A DNA stretch of 64,000 nt, taken from the NCBI GenBank assembly GCA_030432905.1, contig JAUILU010000002.1:136084-200083 (forward strand). Reading direction: 5' to 3'. Made by a program: the position numbers and the translations under genes. Of this stretch, positions 17,332 through 28,384 are shown piece after piece. The notes beneath the pieces are model-generated. The model saw only the letters and a list, made by a program, of their open reading frames with translations, was not told the DNA's origin and ran no database searches. Position 1 is the stretch's first letter. Every line of letters starts with the position of its first letter. The DNA is from Phycisphaerae bacterium. Its GTDB lineage: Bacteria > Planctomycetota > Phycisphaerae > Phycisphaerales > UBA1924.

Positions 17332-19299
17332 TTACCCCTCCTGCCGCATCAGCCGGGTAAACGACGCCACGAACAGTGTCGCGATCACCCACCCCATCGC
17401 GATGTGGAAGGGGAGGTAGACGTTCTTGATGAAACCTCCCCATGTACCCCGCCCGGATGGCATCCAGTGGCCTTCCTGATGGAAGCTCACCAGCGGAATC
17501 AACGTGTCCGCGGAGTAGATCAGCGAGTTGTACTTCGGCAGTGATTCAACCCACTCCTCCCGTGGCTCGGCACTCCACTCCTTCAGCGCAAGCGACTGAA
17601 CCGGCTGCATCCGCCCATCGGGCAAGGGCATCGCGGAGTCATAGAAAATCACGAAACCAATCAGTATCAGAGCCGCCATCCAGCCCACGGCTCTCCACCT
17701 TGCGTAGCCGTGCCCGACTCCCCACTGGTAAAGCCGTTGTGTGATGCGAACACGCCACATCTCGCATTGCCCAGCCAGCTTTGGATTGCGCTTTAGAACA
17801 ACCCACACAACAAATGGCGGCAGGATGACGGATGCACAGACAAGTCTAGACTGAAACGAGCCAGCCCAAAGCGACAACAACGCGACAAGGCACGCGACGA
17901 CCCAGCCGAGAAAGAACTGTGTGCAGACAACTCTGTGGTCAGCTTCAGCATCACGCCGAGCTTGTTCTACAAGACCCGGAATCCGTCGAACGGCGCATGT
18001 TCGAAGCACGGTGTTTGCGTCTTCTTCATGGCCTTGCTTTCTCAGGACATCTGCCAAGTGCCGGTATGGCTGAGGGTTTAGAACATCAGAGTCTGCCGTG
18101 TTGTCTTGGTTGGCGAGCCATTTCAATCGGTTTCGCGCATCCATCGGCGATCCGGCCTCGATCGCGCCGTAGTTGCACCCCGAGAGCAAGATATTCTCGG
18201 GCCATTCGAAGCCCTGTCTGGAATCCCCACTCGGCGCATCGTCGAGGGTGCCAATCTTGCTCTGCCGCAGGTCGAGGGTGCCAATGTGGTTCTCGTGGCC
18301 CTGCATGACCAGTGTGCCCTTGACGGTGCCGCCCCTCAAATCCAGCGCGCTCTTTCCCGCGTTGACGAACCGGCCGCCGGTGCATTCGAGGTAGCCTCCG
18401 ATCTCGGTGCCCAACAGCCGGACTTTGCCCTCGGCGCGGAGGCCGCCGCTGAGGAAGACGCTGCCCGCGACCCTGACGTGGTCGACGGCGATCGCGTCGC
18501 CTTCCGTGTTGACGAACCGCCCGCCGGCGCAGTCGAGGGTGCCCCCGATCGTGGCACCGAGCAGCCTGACCTCGCCCTCGGCGCGGAAGCCTCCGCGGAG
18601 GAAGACGCTGCCCGCGATCCTGGCGCGGTCGGCCGCGATCGCGTCGCCTTCCGTGTTGACGAACCGCGCGCCGGCGCAGTCGAAGTCGCCTCCGATCGTG
18701 GCGCCGTGCAGCCTGACCTCGCCCTCGGCGCGGAAGCCGGTGCGGAGGAAGATGTCGCCGGTGACCCTGGCGCCGTCGGCCGCGATCGCGTCGCCGTTCG
18801 TATTCCCAAGAAGCGTTTTGTGCAGAGCGATAAATTCACAACTGGACTGCCAAAGCACCATCCCGCAGCGGAGTACGCACGAACTAAGCAACAACGGCCT
18901 AGGCACCGCGCAGAATCCCAGATCAAGACGATCCTCAATCGTTGCCGCTACAACACGCACACCAAACGGATCGATGCACTCCGTGGCGTCTGAATCTGAG
19001 ACCAGCCAGCGGACAACGACTGCCGAAAGCAGCACCTCCGGCACGGGTCTGTCGCTGGCCGGCGGCAACGGTTTGTTTGCCTTGATCGCTGCGTTTTCCG
19101 CCGCGACCGCCTTATCAAGATTGTCTTTGTAGTTGGGTGTGCCAGCCGTGAAATCGGCCTTAACACCGATCGCTGCACACCGGAGCATCTTCCGCTCGTG
19201 TTTGGTCAGTTTGCCGGGACCAAACTCCGCCTCGGCGAGTTCTATCAGCTTGTCAACTCGTTTCTGTTGCCCGGGCGTCAGATCATCCGTGTCGCTCAT
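17332..19299 (-). CDS. membrane protein with tandem 49-aa beta-helix-like repeats and a C-terminal multi-TM domain
   Basis: 655 aa. Three consecutive units of GDAIAAD.AR..G..FLR.GFRAEGEVRL.GATIGG..DCAG.RFVNTE, then 4-5 hydrophobic helices. No family recognised. Confidence 0.7.
   Translation of the reverse strand: MSDTDDLTPGQQKRVDKLIELAEAEFGPGKLTKHERKMLRCAAIGVKADFTAGTPNYKDNLDKAVAAENAAIKANKPLPPASDRPVPEVLLSAVVVRWLVSDSDATECIDPFGVRVVAATIEDRLDLGFCAVPRPLLLSSCVLRCGMVLWQSSCEFIALHKTLLGNTNGDAIAADGARVTGDIFLRTGFRAEGEVRLHGATIGGDFDCAGARFVNTEGDAIAADRARIAGSVFLRGGFRAEGEVRLLGATIGGTLDCAGGRFVNTEGDAIAVDHVRVAGSVFLSGGLRAEGKVRLLGTEIGGYLECTGGRFVNAGKSALDLRGGTVKGTLVMQGHENHIGTLDLRQSKIGTLDDAPSGDSRQGFEWPENILLSGCNYGAIEAGSPMDARNRLKWLANQDNTADSDVLNPQPYRHLADVLRKQGHEEDANTVLRTCAVRRIPGLVEQARRDAEADHRVVCTQFFLGWVVACLVALLSLWAGSFQSRLVCASVILPPFVVWVVLKRNPKLAGQCEMWRVRITQRLYQWGVGHGYARWRAVGWMAALILIGFVIFYDSAMPLPDGRMQPVQSLALKEWSAEPREEWVESLPKYNSLIYSADTLIPLVSFHQEGHWMPSGRGTWGGFIKNVYLPFHIAMGWVIATLFVASFTRLMRQEG
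18361..18801 (-). repeat. 3 x 147-bp in-frame tandem repeat inside the CDS 17332..19299
   Basis: The marker gttgacgaacc recurs at 18361, 18508 and 18655, an exact 147-bp period. Units are highly similar by eye. Confidence 0.85.
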
Positions 19300-19320
19300 A
19301 CCCGCAGCATAATCAAAAAA

Positions 19321-19875
19321 CTACACCGAGCAACAGCTCGCGCCCGCCTTCGCCTTGTTCCAAGGCATCACCGCAAGCAGCTTCGCCATCCCGCACCAGC
19401 CGCTGAGGCCGGCGAACATCAGGCCGCAGCCAACGAAGCCCGCGATCACCAGAAACCAGGGCGAGACAAACGCGCCAAGCGCCACGCCCAGCGCGACGAG
19501 GAAGCCCGCGGCGATCTGCACCTGGCGCATCAGCGGGATCTTCGGACCCGTCGCGGGCCTGACCGTCGGCTTGCCCGCGGCTTTCCAGTTCGCGATGCCG
19601 CCCGCGAGGTGAAACACGGTCTCGCCGTTCGTGCGGAACCGCTCCGCCGCGTCCGCCGAGCGCTTGCCCGAGCCGCAGTGGAACACAACGCGCTTGCCCT
19701 CGTGCGACACACGCAGCGCGTCGGCGTCGAACTTCGAGAGCGGCGCGAGCACCGCGTCGCCGATGTGTTCCTCGCCGTGCTCGTAGTCTTCGCGCACGTC
19801 GATCAGAACCGTGTCGCCGTCGGCGAGCCATTGCGAGAGTAGATCGGGTGATACGTCGGTGAGTGTGCCGGCCAC
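19321..19875 (-). CDS. rhodanese domain protein with C-terminal DUF2892 membrane anchor (YgaP-like)
   Basis: 184 aa. Active-site loop FHCGSGKRS. C-terminal helices with GCGLMFAGLSGWCGMAKLL. Starts 3 bp after the clpB stop. Confidence 0.8.
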   Translation of the reverse strand: MAGTLTDVSPDLLSQWLADGDTVLIDVREDYEHGEEHIGDAVLAPLSKFDADALRVSHEGKRVVFHCGSGKRSADAAERFRTNGETVFHLAGGIANWKAAGKPTVRPATGPKIPLMRQVQIAAGFLVALGVALGAFVSPWFLVIAGFVGCGLMFAGLSGWCGMAKLLAVMPWNKAKAGASCCSV

Positions 19876-19878
19876 GGC

Positions 19879-22557
<2,679 letters not shown>

Positions 22558-22785
22558 GCGGTCTGGTGTCACGGGTCGTCCTCCGGCAAACACCGGCGGA
22601 CCCACCTCCGCCGGCTGCCAAACACCCATGCAACCGGCGCGCCCGACCCAAAAACGCCCCTACCTGCCCCAAAACGCGGCTACACCATGCCGACAACCGG
22701 ACGAACCGACAGCCCGCTGCCACTTCGACAGCCACCGCCAACCCCGCGAAGAACCCGCCTTACCCGCGTTCCGGGTGCGTGATGG

Positions 22786-23718
22786 CTATTGCGGACATCC
22801 AAGGTTGTAGTTGGTGATCCACGCCGAGAAGTCGGTCGGCGTGCACAGCTCGTCGCCGTTCTGATCACAGCCCGGCGCGCTGCTGTTGTACGCGCCAATC
22901 CATGCCGAGAAGTCCGTCGGAGTCAGGTCGCCGTCGCCGTTGACGTCCGCGATGCACTCCGTCGAAGCCAGCGCCTCGTCGTAGTACCGCACATACAGCT
23001 CGTCGGCGAACACCGCGAACACCGCCGCGGTGTAGTGAATCTCGTCAACAAAGGTGAAGTCCGGGCTCGGCTGATCGATCCGCGGCAGCGACGGGTCGCC
23101 GGGAGGGATGCCAAGGTCCGGGATGCCGTAGGTGATCTGTGCAAACCCGTAGTAGCCCTCGTAGGTGTACCCGGGGATCGTGTCCGCCAGCGCCGCGAGC
23201 CGGCTGTCGAGGTCGAGCATGACCTCGTTCACGCGCGCCGGGTCGAAGAACAGGATCGGCTGGAGGAAGTCGTACCCCGAGTGGTACACCTCGATATCTG
23301 GCCGAACCTGGAGCATGTGCCGAACGATCGCCTCCGTGTCGCCCACGACACGGTTAAGCAGTTCGTTGACGATCGAGTCGTTATTGATGAACAGAATCCC
23401 GTCGAACAGATCGTTGCCCCCGATCGAAAGATGCGCGATCTGCGCATCCGGGTTCGCGTTGAGCACACTCTCGATGTACGGCAAACCTATAGAAGGATCC
23501 GACGACGCCAGCTCGTCCGCCCGTGCACCCTCGACGCCCTCGTTGAGCACCGCGATGTCGCTGTGCCCCTCGTCGATGATCGTCTGACGCAACGGCCCCG
23601 AGAGCCGGTTCGCCCACGAGTCACCGAAAACGATGACCTCCGAGCCCTGCGCCGCCGCGCCGAACCCAAACAGAACGCCCGCGGCAACAGCACCAATCCT
23701 TCTGAGTCTCATGCGCAC
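22786..23718 (-). CDS. SGNH/GDSL hydrolase with C-terminal GC-type dockerin module
   Basis: 310 aa. Signal peptide, block [11 protein letters not shown], later GGNDL. C-terminus [54 protein letters not shown]. Confidence 0.8.
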   Translation of the reverse strand: MRMRLRRIGAVAAGVLFGFGAAAQGSEVIVFGDSWANRLSGPLRQTIIDEGHSDIAVLNEGVEGARADELASSDPSIGLPYIESVLNANPDAQIAHLSIGGNDLFDGILFINNDSIVNELLNRVVGDTEAIVRHMLQVRPDIEVYHSGYDFLQPILFFDPARVNEVMLDLDSRLAALADTIPGYTYEGYYGFAQITYGIPDLGIPPGDPSLPRIDQPSPDFTFVDEIHYTAAVFAVFADELYVRYYDEALASTECIADVNGDGDLTPTDFSAWIGAYNSSAPGCDQNGDELCTPTDFSAWITNYNLGCPQ

Positions 23719-24092
23719 CCTCCAGGCGGCCAGTCTACCAAACCCGGCGGCGGCATTGTGAAACTAAATTTCCACGGTTTGGGAATATCCTCCCGCACCC
23801 GAGGTGTTCACGACGGCATGGCACAACCCAGCTTGCCAGAACCATCACCCCGTTGCGACCGCAGGGATCCCCTGCAGGCGTCGCTCAACGGCACCGGGCT
23901 CGCTCTCTTCTGACCGACCCCAAGGCACCACAGGGATACTGCGCGCCCGCAGAAAGCCCTAGACACCCACAACATCACAACTAAACCGGCACGCGATGTG
24001 CCGACCGTTCTAGTTCGTGCGCTCGTTCTGCGCACGGATCAGACCACTCGTAGTTCAACACACACATCGGCCATGTCCGTTGGAGTTATCTC

Positions 24093-24542
24093 ATGCAAAC
24101 ACAGAACCCAGTCGTCGCCGCGCCAGGCGACGAAGTCCGCCTCAACATCGGAGGCTCACAGCTTGTCCGCAGAATTCGGAGCGAAGACACCGACGGCGCA
24201 TTCAGTGTCGTCGAGTTCGTCTCCCAGCCCGGCGAGGGCGTCGGCATGCACACGCACGACAACGAAGACGAACTCGTCTACCTGCTCGAGGGCGAGATCG
24301 AGGTCACTGTTGGTCAATCAACCATGACCGCCACAGCCGGCACCTCGGCGCTGCTGCCAAAGGGCATCCCCCACGGCTACTCGAACACGGGCAGCACACC
24401 CTCCAGGCTTCTCGCGGTCCTCATGCCGGGCAAACTCGACACGTTCTTCCTCGCGCTGAACCGAGAACTCGCGGCAGACCGCGAGCACGAAGAACACATC
24501 GCGCGTCTCTGCCAGAGCTTCGGCCTCACATTCCACAACTAA
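24093..24542 (+). CDS. cupin domain protein
   Basis: 149 aa. PGEGVGMHTHDNEDELVYLLEGEIEV...PKGIPHGY fits the two cupin motifs. Confidence 0.8.
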   Translation: MQTQNPVVAAPGDEVRLNIGGSQLVRRIRSEDTDGAFSVVEFVSQPGEGVGMHTHDNEDELVYLLEGEIEVTVGQSTMTATAGTSALLPKGIPHGYSNTGSTPSRLLAVLMPGKLDTFFLALNRELAADREHEEHIARLCQSFGLTFHN

Positions 24543-24579
24543 CCCGTACTTGCACACACACTAAACGAAAGGAAACACC

Positions 24580-25479
24580 ATGAACTTTGTAACACCGCTT
24601 CTGGTCTCGACCTGCATCGCCCTGACACCGAACGCCACCGCACCGTCCTCGCACGATGCGTACGCGGTCACGCGTGTGACGCAGAACGCCGAGCCGACAC
24701 ACAGGATGCACACGATCCGTGTTGGGATCTTCGGGTACAGCCCCGTCTCCTACATCACCAACAACCGCGCCGAGCCAGGCTCGCCCGCGTTCGCCGCGGA
24801 GCACGAGGGCGTCACCTACTTCTTCACCAACGAGCGCCAGAAGCAGGCATTCATCAAGAATCCCGAACGCTTCATCCCGGCATTCGGCGGCAACTGTGCC
24901 TTCGGCTGCTCCGTCGACTCCATCTTCACACCAGACCCCACGAGCTTCCTCGTCATCGACGGCAGAACACACCTCTTTCTCAAGAACGACGAGGTCAACG
25001 CAAAGCAACTCTGGCTCGATGCCGACAAGAAAGAAGTCAGCAAAAAAGCCAACGCCTACTGGTCATCAAAGTCCACAAGCAAGGCCTACACCGGCGGGCG
25101 AAACGTCCCCTCAAGCGGCGTCGGGCTCGAGGGCTACAGCCCGGTCTCATACTTCACCAAAGGCAAGCCCGAACAAGGCGACCCGAGATATGCTGCGACA
25201 CACAACGGCGTGACCTACCACCTCACCTCGCAGCGCCAGCTCGACCTATTCAACAAAAACCCAGACAAGTACGAGCCCCAATGCGGCGGCTGGTGCGCCT
25301 TCGGCATGACCGTCGAGGACAAGTTTCCCGTCGATCCCACCAAGTTCCGTGTCATCGATGACAAGCTGTACCTCTACCTCAACAACGACGACATCAACGC
25401 CCACGAACTCTGGGGCGAAGGCAACGACAGTGAACTCATTCAGAAGGCCAACAAGCACTGGGACAATGTCGGCAGCTAA
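24580..25479 (+). CDS. secreted protein with two tandem YHS-type domains
   Basis: 299 aa. Two copies of GYSPVSY....G.P......H.GVTY..T..RQ...F.KNP..(F/Y).P..GG.CAFG. Family name is from memory. Confidence 0.65.
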   Translation: MNFVTPLLVSTCIALTPNATAPSSHDAYAVTRVTQNAEPTHRMHTIRVGIFGYSPVSYITNNRAEPGSPAFAAEHEGVTYFFTNERQKQAFIKNPERFIPAFGGNCAFGCSVDSIFTPDPTSFLVIDGRTHLFLKNDEVNAKQLWLDADKKEVSKKANAYWSSKSTSKAYTGGRNVPSSGVGLEGYSPVSYFTKGKPEQGDPRYAATHNGVTYHLTSQRQLDLFNKNPDKYEPQCGGWCAFGMTVEDKFPVDPTKFRVIDDKLYLYLNNDDINAHELWGEGNDSELIQKANKHWDNVGS

Positions 25480-25511
25480 CTAGCCGCGATTCCTGATGCA
25501 CAGCCAACGGC

Positions 25512-25544
25512 AACGCCCCGCGCCTCCTCCAGGCGCGGGGCGTT
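25512..25544. terminator. strong hairpin between convergent genes (possible bidirectional terminator)
   Basis: AACGCCCCGCGCC tcctcca GGCGCGGGGCGTT, perfect 13-bp stem, weak U-tract. Confidence 0.5.
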
Positions 25545-25577
25545 CTGTTAATCCCTCTCCTCGTCTTTGCCGCAGAA

Positions 25578-26345
25578 TCAGCAGCCTGCGTTGTAGTTCC
25601 CAACCCATGCGGTAAAGTCAGTCGGCGTGCACGCGCCGTCGCCGTTCTGGTCGCACTCGGGCGCGCCGCTGTTGTACGCGCCGATCCACGCGGAGAAGTC
25701 CGTCGGGCTGAGCATACCATCGCCGTTGACGTCGGCAAGACACAGGTTCGGCTCGCCCGCCTGGAAACGCACGGTGACCGGCGTCGATTGCAAGTACAAG
25801 CCGTTGCTGTCCCAGCCCACAAACGTCACGTCGTACAAACCCTCGTTCTCGATGAAGCAAAGCTGCGCGTGCTGGTGCCCGCCGATGCCGACGTTGTAGC
25901 TCCGGTCCTCGCGCGTCGCGCCGTCGCTGTCGGCCTCAACTGTAAACACGCCCGGCCCCGAGGTGTGAACCCAGAGCACCTTCGCTTCCGGGCCCGCGAG
26001 CCTTTGCACATCGACGATCTCGAAGTTGAAATCGCCTCCCGCGAGCCGACCGGTCGAGAAGTAGAAATCACTCGTCAGCACCGCTTCCTGCCCGCCGAAG
26101 TAGCCAGCGAACGCGCCGCTGGGGATCTGATCCGCGATCTGGATGACCGCTATCTCGCCGTCGTACATGAGCCTGTCGTCCTCGATCGAGAACAGCGTCT
26201 CGCTGCCCAGATACCCAGCGCGTATCACGGTTTGCGAGAGCCCGGGCGTGGGCATCGTGTCCACGGTCATGTGGAAGTGATCCTGCGCGGATGCGCCGGT
26301 GGTTAGCGTGAGAGCCGCACATGCGATCAGTTTCTTCGTGTCCAT
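25578..26345 (-). CDS. secreted His-motif protein (family A) ending in a GC-type dockerin
   Basis: Start at MDTKKLIAC (26345), signal ...GASAQ, DHFHMTVDT, LTSDFYFSTGRLAGGDFNFEIVDV, GIGGHQHAQ. C-terminus [54 protein letters not shown]. Confidence 0.75.
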   Translation of the reverse strand: MDTKKLIACAALTLTTGASAQDHFHMTVDTMPTPGLSQTVIRAGYLGSETLFSIEDDRLMYDGEIAVIQIADQIPSGAFAGYFGGQEAVLTSDFYFSTGRLAGGDFNFEIVDVQRLAGPEAKVLWVHTSGPGVFTVEADSDGATREDRSYNVGIGGHQHAQLCFIENEGLYDVTFVGWDSNGLYLQSTPVTVRFQAGEPNLCLADVNGDGMLSPTDFSAWIGAYNSGAPECDQNGDGACTPTDFTAWVGNYNAGC

Positions 26346-26436
26346 CGTCCGTCCTCCGACGTGTGTGGTGTGTGCAATCAGATTCAAAGGCGCCCGGTCC
26401 GCTCTCACAGACCGAACGCAAGAGGGTTAAAGCGAA

Positions 26437-27072
26437 TCAGCGGCGACGGCGCACGCCCGCGACGCCCGCAAGCCCGAGCAGCGCTGCCGAGGCCGGCGCT
26501 GGGACCGCGTTGATGCGGAGCGTGACCGGCGCGGAGTCTGCGTACACGCCGTTGGCGTCCCACGCGACGAGCATCAGGTCGTAGGTGCCGAGCCCGTCAA
26601 AGCCGGTGACCTGCCCGTGCGGGTGGTTGCCGACACCGACGCCGAACGAACGATCGAGCCGGGTCGCGCCGTTGGATGATGCGACAACGTCGAAGCCCTC
26701 TCCGCCGCCGTGCTCCTCGAAGCCCCAGATCGCCTCGGTGGCGCTGCCGCCGTCAACAGCCGAGAAGCCGACGATCTCGTAGTAGAAATCGCCCCCGTCG
26801 AGGTTGCCGCTGGCGGCGTAGAAGTCGCTGGTGATAGTCGCGGTCTGGCCGAACGAGTAGCCGCCGTGGAAGTGGTCGGTGTGGTAGTGGGCGATCTCGC
26901 CCAGATAGGTGACATAGCCCGCGCCGTTGATGCCCCAGTCGGGCTCGCTCGCAAAGAAGCCCGCTTCGATGCTTGTGGTTGTGCCGTCGGTGTTGACGGT
27001 CAGGTGGTTGTGGTCCTGCGCCGACGCCGAGAACGCGAGGCCGGCGACGAGGGTGGTGAGAACAGTCTTCAT
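26437..27072 (-). CDS. secreted His-motif protein (family A) ending in a PEP-CTERM sorting signal
   Basis: 211 aa. Signal ...FSASAQ, DHNHLTVNT, ITSDFYAASGNLDGGDFYYEIVGF, GVGNHPHGQ. C-terminus VPAPASAALLGLAGVAGVRRRR. Confidence 0.8.
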   Translation of the reverse strand: MKTVLTTLVAGLAFSASAQDHNHLTVNTDGTTTSIEAGFFASEPDWGINGAGYVTYLGEIAHYHTDHFHGGYSFGQTATITSDFYAASGNLDGGDFYYEIVGFSAVDGGSATEAIWGFEEHGGGEGFDVVASSNGATRLDRSFGVGVGNHPHGQVTGFDGLGTYDLMLVAWDANGVYADSAPVTLRINAVPAPASAALLGLAGVAGVRRRR

Positions 27073-27129
27073 TTTGATTTCTCTCTTTCGTTTACGAATT
27101 GAAAGCGTGATAGCAGTTGATCTGCGGGC

Positions 27130-27816
27130 CTACTCGCCCCCAACGGGGTTGAACAGAGGTCGGCCCGACTCGAATTTCTCTCGCACGCGCTCCCATGAAA
27201 GGGATTCCGCGTGCCCGTCTGTAAACATGAAGTTCGACGACGATTCGCTGTGACGTGTCACCGCGACCTGCGGCGGGATCTCCTCCGCAGCTTCCCACCC
27301 CACGGAGTGCAGGTGGTCCGTGTCGCCCGTGCCCGCCCACTCAACCGCGTACGCGGTCTCGCTTGGGAATGGCACCTGATGGATCTGCCGAATCGCACGC
27401 CGGCGACCCCCCGGGAGCGTCTCGCCAGAGATCGGGTTGTAGTCGATCCCCGGCGTCAGCTTCTCGAAGTGGTCGTTCGTCACGTAGCTAAACGGCCTGA
27501 ACTCGAAGTCGTCGTCCTCCGGGCACTCCTTGATCGCCGGGTCGAGCCCGTAGCCCTCCTCCAGCACATCGAGCCACGAGTCCAGAATCGAACCCGTCGA
27601 ATGACTCGACAGAGGAAAGTGCCCGTCCCAATCGTTCTGGTACAGCGTGACCGACTGGCCCATCGAGCGCATGTTCGCCAAACACCTCAGCGAACGCGAC
27701 GACTCGCGCGCCTTGCCGAGCGCCGGGAGCAAGATCCCGATCAGGAGCGCAATGATCGCGATCACGACCAAGAGCTCGATCAACGTAAACCCGCCGACGC
27801 GCCGTGTGAGCTGCAT
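27130..27816 (-). CDS. DUF1559-type prepilin (type II secretion/type IV pilin-like N-terminal cleavage-methylation domain)
   Basis: 228 aa. GGFTLIELLVVIAIIALLIGILLPALGKARE at the N-terminus and FMFTDGHAESL near the C-terminus. Confidence 0.85.
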   Translation of the reverse strand: MQLTRRVGGFTLIELLVVIAIIALLIGILLPALGKARESSRSLRCLANMRSMGQSVTLYQNDWDGHFPLSSHSTGSILDSWLDVLEEGYGLDPAIKECPEDDDFEFRPFSYVTNDHFEKLTPGIDYNPISGETLPGGRRRAIRQIHQVPFPSETAYAVEWAGTGDTDHLHSVGWEAAEEIPPQVAVTRHSESSSNFMFTDGHAESLSWERVREKFESGRPLFNPVGGE

Positions 27817-27903
27817 GGCTCACTCCTTCGCCTTGGCCGACGCACGCAACACGCGCGCACCGGCTCTCCCAGTGACCAATCCGATTGGAACAACAAACCG
27901 AGT

Positions 27904-28329
27904 TCACACAACCGGTCGGGGCGGCGGCGGCGGCACCGAGAGCGCCGCAAAGACGTTCCGGCGCGCAACAAACACCGGCTCGGCGCAGAACCGAACCCGT
28001 GTGTCTGCCCTTGTCTCAAACCCGAGCACGACCGGCGCTTTCACGCCATCAAACCAGCCCGCGCTCAGCGAGCAGTCGATCGGCTTCCACGCCGGCCCGT
28101 CGGGCTGAGATTCGGATTCGGGCTCGTCGCTCTGGTCGTCGCCCGAAACCGGCGGCTCGCAGCAGCACACGTCCTCATCCGAGCACGAGACACACGCGCA
28201 GTAGTCAGAATGCGTTGGCCCTGCTTCGCCGCCGCTGGCCCAGAACACCGGCAGCGCGGGCATCGCCACCAGCGCGTACCACAGCGCCAAGAGCGCCGTG
28301 AACCAGGTTGTCCGGGCAGTGTGTCTCAT
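27904..28329 (-). CDS. small Cys-cluster membrane protein (cassette A)
   Basis: 141 aa. One N-terminal TM helix, CACVSCSDEDVCCCE, an acidic linker (DDQSDEPESES), and a tail PPPPPRPVV. Homologous in layout to 30767..31225. Confidence 0.55.
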   Translation of the reverse strand: MRHTARTTWFTALLALWYALVAMPALPVFWASGGEAGPTHSDYCACVSCSDEDVCCCEPPVSGDDQSDEPESESQPDGPAWKPIDCSLSAGWFDGVKAPVVLGFETRADTRVRFCAEPVFVARRNVFAALSVPPPPPRPVV

Positions 28330-28384
28330 ACCAATCCCGCCGGCAGGCTTTCACCCGCCGGCGAGTCGTCCTTTCAATGCGAGG

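Noticed and set aside
18361-18801. Considered whether the regular 147-bp repeats could be a CRISPR-like or satellite array
   Set aside because: The repeats are contiguous (no spacers), in frame, and encode a coherent 49-aa protein repeat inside a 655-aa ORF. This is a coding tandem repeat, not CRISPR.
23719-24092. Small hairpins in the divergent promoter region between the SGNH hydrolase and cupin genes (GCAGGG atc CCCTGC; CGTGCGC tcgttct GCGCACG)
   Set aside because: Short stems of a kind expected by chance in GC-rich DNA, with no repeated operator-like pattern. Not reported as regulatory sites.
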